IMG/VR virus record: IMGVR_UViG_3300022602_000103 | Location: 1-59,828 of that record | Strand: one strand, 5' to 3' | From: a virus | Taxonomy: Duplodnaviria > Caudoviricetes | Length of the DNA: 59,828 nucleotides | Shown here: positions 1 to 7,767 of the stretch, one piece after another | Layout of the letters: the number at the start of each line of letters is the position of its first letter | Numbering within the stretch: position 1 is the first letter of the stretch | Made by a program: the position numbers and the translations under genes | The notes under the pieces: generated by a model | The model's input: the letters and a program-made list of their open reading frames with translations, nothing else | Database searches by the model: none | What the model was told of the DNA's origin: nothing

Positions 1-757
1 TTGCACCGATAGTGCCAGCCAATGCGACCATCGTAGCGTTATCGCCTAAGTAATCTCTATTCTTCACGATCACATCGCACTTAGCAAGAGAACGAGGAGA
101 ACAGAATGACAGGGCAGTCTTCTTAGGATTGAACACATACGGATTGTCGTCTTGGTTGCCATCACGATAGCTTGCCAACACACGAGGGAACATCGCAACG
201 AAAGCACGAACAACACGAGAGATACCATTAGCTGATGACCACTCTAACCATTCATTAACTGATGGCTTACTCATCTCCATGATGCACACACGATTACCAG
301 CATGAGCAAGCATTGTGTCGCCTACCCCATCGCTTGCATTGTTTGATGTCCCGAAAACTATTGATCCACGAGGTAGTGGTTCGTCGCCTACCATTCTTTC
401 CAACATCAGACGGGTGAAGATAACTTGCAATAGCTTGGGTGATTTCATGAACTCGTCAAGCAATATGACCTTTGGCTTAGGAGAGTCAAGCTTGAAGAGA
501 GATGAGACATAGTATTCCAACGACTTGGTTGCATGGTTTGGAATAGTCATACCGATGTCCGACATATCCTTAACAGGGCAGTCTACATAGATATAGTCAT
601 AGTCTTCGCCCAAATCCTCACGAATCATAGATAACAGAGAGGTCTTACCACAACCAGGTTCAGACAGTATGATTGGTGTGAGTAATGATCCTATTGTAGG
701 AATGGTTTTGCGTAACTCGTTGATGGTTACTGTGGAATTGAAATTTAATTTAGACAT
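1..757 (-). CDS. AAA+ ATPase (MoxR/CbbQ-like), 3' end beyond the window
   Basis: Not in the ORF track; translated by hand from ATG 757 (RBS AAGGAGAAG): MSKLNFNSTVTINELRK... Walker A EPGCGKT, Walker B ILLDE, sensor TSN, arginine-finger-like GNR, later SPRS. Open to the window edge. Confidence 0.85.
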   Translation of the reverse strand, partial: MSKLNFNSTVTINELRKTIPTIGSLLTPIILSEPGCGKTSLLSMIREDLGEDYDYIYVDCPVKDMSDIGMTIPNHATKSLEYYVSSLFKLDSPKPKVILLDEFMKSPKLLQVIFTRLMLERMVGDEPLPRGSIVFGTSNNASDGVGDTMLAHAGNRVCIMEMSKPSVNEWLEWSSANGISRVVRAFVAMFPRVLASYRDGNQDDNPYVFNPKKTALSFCSPRSLAKCDVIVKNRDYLGDNATMVALAGTIGA

Positions 758-782
758 TTGCTTCTCCTTATTTAGAATGTCA

Positions 783-1697
783 TTACTGCATGGATTGGAA
801 ACTACCGAACTTGGAAAGAATATCGTCTATCCCTTCCTTAACATGATGGCGCACCGCATCGGAATCACGGATGTCCTCTGCCTTTACACCATTTAAAACT
901 TTCTCTAGCGACGCACGAGCCAACTCTAGCCCTGAATCATTCTTAAGATTAAATCGCTTAAAACTTTCGATGTAATCTCTAGCCTTTTGTAGCGTTCCCT
1001 CGTAAATCTTTCTGCGCTTGGTTCGCACTTCGCCATTTACTTCTGACTCATCTACACCGCAACAATGACTGATGGACTCCATCACCTCGACCATGCGTTC
1101 TGACTGTTCCTCTGCAATCGAATCTATAATCCCTTGCGCTTGATTACTGAGTGTTGTAAATAAATCATCAGCGATGTCCTTAGCTATGCCACAGCGAAAG
1201 TCGTTCGTAGGCACTTCTGACACATATAGATTTAAGCTGAACTTTGCCTTGACTTGCTCTTTAGCTGGATAGTCTGTTCGATTGAACATATCACCTTGCT
1301 TGAAAGCCATGTCCGATACGATTGAGTCATAGTCCGTTACCAATGAATCCACTAGGGCATGGAAAGCTATTTCATGCTCGTGATACTCTTGCTTGAACTT
1401 AGGCACATCAATACTTGGCAGTAATTGTTGGGATTGATTCCATCTGTAAGTCCGACGCTGAAGCCAGTTATAGATGGTTTGCCGATAGTTAACGACCGCT
1501 TTATGTTTGGGATGATTAGCTAAGAGATTCTTAACATACCTGCCCGCGGACTTATCAGCGTTCTTTGAGGTAGTAACCTCATCACTGATACCCCGATCCT
1601 GTTTGGTTGCTGACCACACGCTGATGTCAACGCTGACTAGCACCGCACTACTCGCCAATGAGATTAAATGCTCAGGCATTTCTAGATTCATTTCCAT
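783..1697 (-). CDS. DUF3150-like phage protein
   Basis: 304 aa with RBS AAAGGAGAAG; sequence pattern (V.IS.WSA.K.D, DYP...V..KF) and position next to an AAA ATPase fit this family. Confidence 0.6.
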   Translation of the reverse strand: MEMNLEMPEHLISLASSAVLVSVDISVWSATKQDRGISDEVTTSKNADKSAGRYVKNLLANHPKHKAVVNYRQTIYNWLQRRTYRWNQSQQLLPSIDVPKFKQEYHEHEIAFHALVDSLVTDYDSIVSDMAFKQGDMFNRTDYPAKEQVKAKFSLNLYVSEVPTNDFRCGIAKDIADDLFTTLSNQAQGIIDSIAEEQSERMVEVMESISHCCGVDESEVNGEVRTKRRKIYEGTLQKARDYIESFKRFNLKNDSGLELARASLEKVLNGVKAEDIRDSDAVRHHVKEGIDDILSKFGSFQSMQ

Positions 1698-1708
1698 TTA
1701 CTTCTCCT

Positions 1709-1786
1709 TTACTTGATTAAATTGAAATCCACTACGACGTGGATCGCTATATAAAACCACACCAAAAACAAAAACAACTTGAACAT
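1709..1786 (-). CDS. 25-aa hydrophobic microprotein
   Basis: MFKLFLFLVWFYIAIHVVVDFNLIK, RBS AAGGGAG, directly after the promoter at 1810-1838. Confidence 0.45.
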   Translation of the reverse strand: MFKLFLFLVWFYIAIHVVVDFNLIK

Positions 1787-1809
1787 AAATTGCTCCCTTC
1801 ACTATGATA

Positions 1810-1858
1810 AGTATACTACAACTTTACATTTGAGTCAATGGTGATATATGACTTTTTT
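1810..1858 (-). promoter_or_regulatory. sigma70-type early promoter
   Basis: TTGACT-17-TATACT; upstream AAAAAAGTCATATA box shared with the promoter at 3703-3750. Confidence 0.75.
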
Positions 1859-1894
1859 ATATGACACTAGGTACTTCTTGGCGGTTAATTTGTT

Positions 1895-2320
1895 TCACAT
1901 CCAATCCACAATTACCTGACGTGATACAGACACCCAGTCATAATCGGCATTACCACCAACATCCTCGACAATATCTTGGGCATCCTCTCCAACCCTTGCA
2001 AACGCATAGCCTAAATACTGTGAGTGAGGGTTATCTTCCTCGATCCAGTCTCTTGCCATTTGCAGTAAGTCCTCATGGCATTTAACGTCGGCATAATCCT
2101 CATACCACTTCACGTCTTCGGCTAGAAAATTTATTGCGCACCCATCTACATCAACTGACAAGTTATCGCTATCGCTATCATCAAAACACCTAGCAGTATC
2201 TTCATGTTTCATAGCTTGGGTTAGGAATAACTCGAACGAGCCTTTCAATTCTTCCTGTTTAGTATCTTGGTTGTTAGGTGTAAAGCGTATTGAATACGCA
2301 ACTGTTGATCTATAACCCAC
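1895..2320 (-). CDS. hypothetical protein (MGYRS-type N-terminus)
   Basis: ORF 1895..2368; likelier start GTG 2320 with RBS AAAGGAG. Confidence 0.7.
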   Translation of the reverse strand: MGYRSTVAYSIRFTPNNQDTKQEELKGSFELFLTQAMKHEDTARCFDDSDSDNLSVDVDGCAINFLAEDVKWYEDYADVKCHEDLLQMARDWIEEDNPHSQYLGYAFARVGEDAQDIVEDVGGNADYDWVSVSRQVIVDWM

Positions 2321-2421
2321 GATTGACTCTCCTTTTATAAGTGTTAAATCGCTTTGGTTCTTTTCCACTATGTAATGGATAGTTAAATAGCACCCTTACC
2401 ATCCATGCCATCGCTTCGCTT

Positions 2422-2616
2422 TCATGCTTCATGTTCATCTCCTATGAATGTTTTAACCCAGTCTATGTAGACTTCGTCAAAGTAAAACCACCTCGCCTCT
2501 CGCTTGCGGTTAGGTTTATCTATGGGGTAATTAACTAATAGAGCATGGTCATCGCTACGCACTAGCTTGTAGAACTCAGGCTTATTAGGGTTGCGATATA
2601 GCTTGATGATTTTCAT
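2422..2616 (-). CDS. hypothetical protein
   Basis: 64 aa in a tightly coupled operon (ATGA overlap). Confidence 0.6.
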   Translation of the reverse strand: MKIIKLYRNPNKPEFYKLVRSDDHALLVNYPIDKPNRKREARWFYFDEVYIDWVKTFIGDEHEA

Positions 2617-2768
2617 TGTTGTTCCAGTTCTTTTTGTCTTTGCTCTATTACGGATAGCAATACTTTTTCTACTTCTGCTTTTTCAGCTTCAGTCATTTCT
2701 CTATCCTCAGCCTGTATTTTTTCTATAGACTTTATTACTTCTTTAATCTTATTGACTATGCTCTTCAT
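2613..2768 (-). CDS. hypothetical coiled-coil protein, 51 aa
   Basis: MKSIVNKIKEVIKSIEKIQAED...; ATGA overlaps with both neighbours; below the ORF-track cutoff. Confidence 0.6.
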   Translation of the reverse strand: MKSIVNKIKEVIKSIEKIQAEDREMTEAEKAEVEKVLLSVIEQRQKELEQQ

Positions 2769-2983
2769 TTCACCAACCCCCCTTTGTTATTGAGTCCTAC
2801 CAAGTCGGACTTGTCTGTGATAAGAACGTAATTACTCTTGTGCATGGGAGCAACTGTGCGAACCACCTTCTTTGCGATCTCATCACCGCATGGACAACAA
2901 ACTGCATAGCCCAGTCTGAACCGCTCCTCGTTGAACACATCACCGCATAGCTTGCACTGTGGTGTAAAAGTTTCATCAATCAT
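2765..2983 (-). CDS. small zinc-finger protein
   Basis: CKLC...CCPC and PMHKSNY motif. Confidence 0.65.
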   Translation of the reverse strand: MIDETFTPQCKLCGDVFNEERFRLGYAVCCPCGDEIAKKVVRTVAPMHKSNYVLITDKSDLVGLNNKGGLVK

Positions 2984-3201
2984 GATTTTATCCTTTCGGG
3001 TATTTGGTGGATTGCGCTACGGATTTGGTCGATTAACTCCTCGCCATACTTTTCTTCAAAGTAATTTTGGTCAGCGATAACTTTCTCGAATCGTTCCCAC
3101 TCAGCTTCACTATCATCTTGTTCTTCGGGAGCGCACAGGCAATACACAATGTCGCATATGTCACGACGTAGTGAGTTAAAAGTTTCTTGGCTGATAGTCA
3201 T
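2980..3201 (-). CDS. hypothetical protein
   Basis: 73 aa, RBS AAGGAG, ATGA coupling. Confidence 0.6.
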   Translation of the reverse strand: MTISQETFNSLRRDICDIVYCLCAPEEQDDSEAEWERFEKVIADQNYFEEKYGEELIDQIRSAIHQIPERIKS

Positions 3202-3386
3202 TTGGTTTCTCCTTGATTACCGAACGATGCTTCATACCTATCCAACCAGTCGTTGAACTCCGCTTCGTAGATCGCCCACTCTTCGTCGCTATCTACCATT
3301 CCACGCTTGCGTGGATCGAGGATTGGCTTTTGACTGCTGGCACGTTGTTCCTCGAAAGCAATCAATGCGTTTTTAAGTTTGCCCAT
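3198..3386 (-). CDS. hypothetical protein
   Basis: 62 aa, RBS GAGG, operon context. Confidence 0.6.
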   Translation of the reverse strand: MGKLKNALIAFEEQRASSQKPILDPRKRGMVDSDEEWAIYEAEFNDWLDRYEASFGNQGETK

Positions 3387-3388
3387 GA

Positions 3389-3586
3389 TTAAACCTCTTC
3401 TTTCATTGTTGGAATAAATTCATAGCCGACTGTTAATAAATCCACGAGGACATGGACTGTTAATAATTCCCCTCTGCAATACATCACGTCTTGCGTATCG
3501 GGATGCGCTAAGTCTTGCGCCAAATACAACCCCTCATTGAGGACAGGGTTAAATATCTGCACTTCTACCTCTTCTCTATTACTCAT
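3389..3586 (-). CDS. hypothetical protein
   Basis: Start revised to ATG 3586 (RBS AAAGGAGAAG). Confidence 0.6.
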   Translation of the reverse strand: MSNREEVEVQIFNPVLNEGLYLAQDLAHPDTQDVMYCRGELLTVHVLVDLLTVGYEFIPTMKEEV

Positions 3587-3702
3587 ATGCTTCTCCTTTA
3601 TTAGAGTCATACATCATCAAACGATTTCCACTACCTCGTGGAAAGCTAATTAACATCTCAGGGTGCCACTTGCTTCGTAAAAATGCGCCCATCGACATTA
3701 TT

Positions 3703-3750
3703 AGTATACCACAACTTGACATATAAATCAAGCTGGTATATGACTTTTTT
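3703..3750 (-). promoter_or_regulatory. sigma70-type early promoter
   Basis: TTGATT-17-TATACT with extended TG; AAAAAAGTCATATA upstream. Confidence 0.75.
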
Positions 3751-3766
3751 AAATGACAGGCTGTTC

Positions 3767-4105
3767 TTATTTCTGTGGTAATGCTTTTTTATGGGTATAT
3801 CTGCGTCTGAATAGGACATCACCTCGTTCGCCTTTGGCATAGCGTTGCGTTAATGTATTAACTCCTATGCCAATCTCCTCTGCCCATTCTTTAAGCGTTT
3901 TAGTTTCTTCTCCGTTGCCTGTGTCGTATGTAACAAAATCTAGATAGCTGGTTTCTATCTCGCATGGTCTGAGTAGGTCTGCACCTCTATCGCCTTTCTT
4001 CCATCGGTAGCGCAACACATTGATGTCTATGCCTGTCTCTTTTGCCCACTCTTTCATGGTCATCTCTTTGTGGTTGCGTAGTCTATAAATCATCTTAGTG
4101 AACAT
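3767..4105 (-). CDS. putative DNA-binding protein with two HTH-like repeats
   Basis: Internal repeat TMKEWAKETGI...RWKKGDRG / TLKEWAEEIGI...RYAKGERG; RBS GAAAGG. Confidence 0.6.
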   Translation of the reverse strand: MFTKMIYRLRNHKEMTMKEWAKETGIDINVLRYRWKKGDRGADLLRPCEIETSYLDFVTYDTGNGEETKTLKEWAEEIGIGVNTLTQRYAKGERGDVLFRRRYTHKKALPQK

Positions 4106-4129
4106 GGTTTACCTTTCTGTTTTGGGTGA

Positions 4130-4500
4130 TTAAAAATTCCGAAAAAAATTCCGTTGTTCCAAGTGTATTCTTAAAAATAAATAAATTCAAGAACTTTTTT
4201 GTAAGGGTGAAAACGGACAGGAAAGCCTTATAGTATATATAGATATATATAATATAATAATAAAAATAAAAATAAAGTTCTAAAGTTCTGTATGTTTTTG
4301 ATAGGGGACAATACCTTGCGTTACTTTTTTGCATTGGGAAAACAAGCCTTGCTCTCCCATCTTTTTATCTTTTTAGTCCACCCCCTGTGCTAAATCGACA
4401 GAACTTTAGAACTTTTTTACAAAGCCCAACATAATCAATAACTTGTAAGCGAAAAAAGTTCTTGAGTTTTACAAAAGTTCCGAGTCGGTTTTGGAATTTC
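4130..4500. other. AT-rich region with nested inverted repeats; putative replication origin
   Basis: Inverted repeats 4187-4200/4452-4465 and 4274-4291/4398-4415; AT tract ~4228-4276; IHF-consensus site at 4433-4445. Confidence 0.5.
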
Positions 4501-4639
4501 CACGCAAAACCATTTCCACTACATCGTGGAAAGCTAAATAGCGACCTTGCGCTATCAAATCTGATAATTCTAAATGACACAAAGTCCTTGCTTGCTCACG
4601 CGCGCGAAAACAAAGAACTGGTTTCAATTTGGGCAAGCC

Positions 4640-4670
4640 AAAAAAGGGGAGGCTTTCGCCTCCCCCTAGT
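4640..4670 (-). terminator. rho-independent terminator
   Basis: GGGGGAGGC-GAAA-GCCTCCCCC then T-tract. Confidence 0.85.
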
Positions 4671-4671
4671 C

Positions 4672-5247
4672 CTACTTGATAGCCTTCACTATCGCATTGA
4701 CTACTGAGTCATTCACAGTAGTATCACCACGTCCCTTTGCTGTCTTAGCTCGGGTCTTGATTGTATCCACAGTCTCTTTGAGCCATACCTCGAAATCCTT
4801 GGTGCTGGCACGGGTAGTGGTTTTACCCTCGAGTAAATCCTTGTATGCTTTGACATACTTGCGTAGGTCTGCCATACGATTGGATTTGTATGTCCCCCAA
4901 TCCTTGCGCCATTTGGCATGGACACCATGTTTAACAGGGTCTTCGGATTTCATACGTCCAAATTCCTGCTGGGAGTGAGACATTACTACATTGATGTCTA
5001 CTTTAATTGCTCCCTTGGTATCAGCACTACATGGGACATAATCTGTCGTGTAATACTGTGCTGGATGATTCTCATGGAATCGGAGCATTTGACCCTCTTC
5101 AATCTGAGCCTTAACCTCTTCGGGCACAGATTCAAGGAACATAGGGCATACGTTATAAATATACTGTCCGATGGTTTGACCACGTTCAGCGCTGATACAA
5201 CCTTGATACGATGCATCCTTTAAGGATGTGATTTCTACTTTAGACAT
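4672..5247 (-). CDS. early protein of unknown function, paralog of 5465..6109
   Basis: 191 aa, RBS GGAGG; shares ITSLKD, LRF.E..PA..Y, SQQE.G..K..DP.KH, Y.SNR..DL and RGDTT with its neighbour. Confidence 0.8.
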   Translation of the reverse strand: MSKVEITSLKDASYQGCISAERGQTIGQYIYNVCPMFLESVPEEVKAQIEEGQMLRFHENHPAQYYTTDYVPCSADTKGAIKVDINVVMSHSQQEFGRMKSEDPVKHGVHAKWRKDWGTYKSNRMADLRKYVKAYKDLLEGKTTTRASTKDFEVWLKETVDTIKTRAKTAKGRGDTTVNDSVVNAIVKAIK

Positions 5248-5293
5248 AATGTCCTCCGTTGTTAATCGGTGCTTAATTGCATCCGATATGATA

Positions 5294-5323
5294 GTTATAA
5301 CTGATAGCTAGACTGTTAATCAA
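5294..5323 (-). promoter_or_regulatory. early promoter
   Basis: TTGATT-18-TATAAC, TCAGT before -10. Confidence 0.65.
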
Positions 5324-5424
5324 GCTTTCACGGGGTAGTGGAACGCTATCTAAGCCACACGCACACGGACGCGCCCGAGAACAAGTAACTGGTTTCAAAT
5401 GGGGGGCTTGTGAAAATCAGGGCA

Positions 5425-5460
5425 AAAAAAAGCCCCACCAGTCAATGACTGGCAGGGCTA
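5425..5460 (-). terminator. rho-independent terminator
   Basis: GCCCTGCCAGTC-ATT-GACTGGTGGGGC then T7. Confidence 0.8.
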
Positions 5461-5464
5461 AGTC

Positions 5465-6109
5465 TTACTTATTCCATTGAACCATAAAGGCGTCAATAGC
5501 TAACTTCAGTCGCTTCTCATCAGCAGTGGTATCACCACGCTTGGAAGCATTTTTGCACTTCTGAATTAAACCCTGATCACCTTTGAATACTTCAATAATG
5601 CGGTGAGCAAAATCTAATGTAGCACCACGCTCTTTCTGTTTACCCTCATTGAGGATCGTACGAGCTTGACGCTTGAGATCACCTAAGCGATTAGAGCAAT
5701 AAGTGTTTACCTTATCACGCCATTCCTTGATGACTGCGTGCTTGTATGGATCGCTAGTCTTTAGCTTGCCATACTCTTGCTGACTAAACGCAAACACATA
5801 GTCAGTACCAATCAACACAACTTCCTTTTCCTTTTCAAGATCAGGATTAGAGCCGTCAATCAATAGGTAATGATCATTGACAACTGCGTACCGCTTGGCG
5901 GGATTGGTTTCGTTGAAGCGTAAACGATAGCCGTCATATAACTGCTCTTTGACTTCGTCGCTTACTTCGTCAGGGAAACCCTTACAAGTGGTTAAAACAT
6001 AGCGAGCAACGCCACGCATTTTGTCGCTTGCTACTGCTTGCTTGTAAGCACCATCTTTTAGACTGGTGATCTGATCTTTTACTTCTACTGCTAGGGCTTT
6101 AGTAGCCAT
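5465..6109 (-). CDS. early protein of unknown function, paralog of 4672..5247
   Basis: Start revised to ATG 6109 (MATKALAVE; RBS AGGAGAAG); the upstream part of the track ORF runs through a promoter. Confidence 0.8.
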   Translation of the reverse strand: MATKALAVEVKDQITSLKDGAYKQAVASDKMRGVARYVLTTCKGFPDEVSDEVKEQLYDGYRLRFNETNPAKRYAVVNDHYLLIDGSNPDLEKEKEVVLIGTDYVFAFSQQEYGKLKTSDPYKHAVIKEWRDKVNTYCSNRLGDLKRQARTILNEGKQKERGATLDFAHRIIEVFKGDQGLIQKCKNASKRGDTTADEKRLKLAIDAFMVQWNK

Positions 6110-6173
6110 TTTGCTTCTCCTCATAAAATGAAGTACTGCGTTGATGACAAGCGGAATTGCCTGCCATGTAATA

Positions 6174-6203
6174 CTTATAGCTGACACAAGGTCGTTAAGT
6201 AAA
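6174..6203 (-). promoter_or_regulatory. early promoter
   Basis: TTTACT-18-TATAAG, TCAGC before -10. Confidence 0.6.
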
Positions 6204-6311
6204 GTTTCACGCCTAAGTGGATAGCTAAGTAGCACGCTTGATCACGCACTCACAAAGCCACGCCCGACAACAAATAACTGGTATCAATCCCAGCTTGCGC
6301 TGGGATCTTGG

Positions 6312-6521
6312 TTACTTAGTTAAAACCCATCGAGCACCGAAGTCACCTTGCCATGCGTTGATCATCAGGTGTTGCTCATCCATACTGCGAACCCAAACCT
6401 TAGTCTCAAGGAACTTAGGTGTCTCGTTGATCTCCTCAACAGTCCAAGCACGATTACTGAAGTGAACTACATCACCGACTTGAACAGGTTGCATGTTGGT
6501 TGAATAGAATAGTTTGTACAT
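6312..6521 (-). CDS. small early protein
   Basis: 69 aa, RBS AAAGGAGAAG, followed by hairpin ATCCCAGC-GCAA-GCTGGGAT. Confidence 0.7.
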   Translation of the reverse strand: MYKLFYSTNMQPVQVGDVVHFSNRAWTVEEINETPKFLETKVWVRSMDEQHLMINAWQGDFGARWVLTK

Positions 6522-6564
6522 CTGCTTCTCCTTTGTAAGTGGCAGAACATACTGCCATATGATC

Positions 6565-6594
6565 TATATAGCTGACCCACCCCTTATAAGTCAA
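6565..6594 (-). promoter_or_regulatory. early promoter (first of the leftward series)
   Basis: TTGACT-18-TATATA, TCAGC before -10, followed by hairpin TGGCAG/CTGCCA. Confidence 0.65.
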
Positions 6595-6757
6595 GTTTGG
6601 GCGCGAAGTCCGACCCCCCACCCCCCGCTTTTTAGAAATGGTTCCATCCAGCCTCTCTACTCTAAGATTTACACAAATAACATCCCTAATTTCTCAAATT
6701 CAATATATAGGATTTAGATAGCACACCTAAACAAATCCTACAAAACCCTCCTTATTA

Positions 6758-6950
6758 TTTTGTTTTATAAAGCTTTTTTGCTTAAAACACACGACCCCCA
6801 GTTCGTTTATTTAAGGGTACTTATTGCCGATTTTTATTTTAAAAAACGTTGCAACTCTTTGTTCTATAAAGCTTTTCTTCTCAAACACACGACCTAAATT
6901 GCACCCATCTAATACTTTACATATTTATTAGGGTTAACACTTAAGGGTAC
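6758..6950 (+). repeat. imperfect direct repeats in the non-coding divergence region upstream of the terminase
   Basis: TTTGTTYTATAAAGCTTTT...AAACACACGACC at ~6759 and ~6858; TTAAGGGTAC at 6811 and 6941. Confidence 0.7.
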
Positions 6951-7200
6951 CCCCCTTACTCTTTATTCCCACACACGGGTGTCAATTTTGCAAAACGAAC
7001 TACCCCCCATAGGAGTCCCAAGTACCTATATAGAAAACCGTAAAATTTATGCATGTCCCAAAAACGTATATACTTTCTTTAATACACGTGAGGGTGTGTT
7101 CTTCGGGGACTTTAAGTTAATAGTCCCCACTTTTTTGGTTTATAGTTAGTGAGTAAAAATAATCTTTACACATACTTAACAATTAAGATACACTCTGCGC

Positions 7201-7767
7201 ATGGACACGTACATTCCAGACATTGAGCAGAACGTTCCTCTGCCAAAAAATGCCCAAGAAGCATTTCCTGCTCTCACGCCACAAGAAGAGCTAAACATGC
7301 GGGCTAATGTAGTAAAGCTAATGTCCGATCTAACAGGGCAGCCTATCACACCAAACCAAGAAAATGTTGAGCAAGCTAAGTCTTTAGCTGTGCAAATGGC
7401 ATCTGACCCTAAATTTAGACCAGAATTTAATGAATATCCCAATGAAACATTAGCAATGCTAGCTGGCATGGTTGCCCAGATGAATGTTTCTATTGTGGAT
7501 GAACTATCTGAACTAAAAACCTATGTAGTTAATCATCTATTGCATTCGGTTGAAGCATCTAAAGATGTAAAAACCAAGATTGCAGCCCTAAGAGCGCTTG
7601 GAGAGATAGATGGGGTCGATGCATTTAAGAAAAGAACCGAAGTTACTGTCAAAATCCAAACAAAAGAAGAAGTTGAGAGTGAATTATTATCACTTTTGGA
7701 CGAGGTTGAGGGTAAATATATAGATGTAGAAGCCAAAAACGTGGTTAATAAAGACAATGACAAGTAA
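7201..7767 (+). CDS. probable terminase small subunit
   Basis: 188 aa directly upstream of and overlapping TerL; C-terminal ALRALGEIDGVDAF pattern. Confidence 0.6.
   Translation: MDTYIPDIEQNVPLPKNAQEAFPALTPQEELNMRANVVKLMSDLTGQPITPNQENVEQAKSLAVQMASDPKFRPEFNEYPNETLAMLAGMVAQMNVSIVDELSELKTYVVNHLLHSVEASKDVKTKIAALRALGEIDGVDAFKKRTEVTVKIQTKEEVESELLSLLDEVEGKYIDVEAKNVVNKDNDK

Noticed and set aside
3579-3698. 39-codon ORF just downstream of the 3703 promoter
   Set aside because: Its ATG is too close to the -10 box and has no SD; more likely a 5' UTR carrying the palindrome.
4095-4580. ORFs 4095..4334 and 4365..4580
   Set aside because: Low-complexity translations of the AT-rich inverted-repeat region, with no convincing RBS.
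4513-6290. CRISPR array or integron-type cassette array
   Set aside because: Repeats are degenerate and 0.8-0.9 kb apart with whole genes between them; no cas genes, no integron integrase and no attC-like GTTRRRY/RYYYAAC structure recognised.
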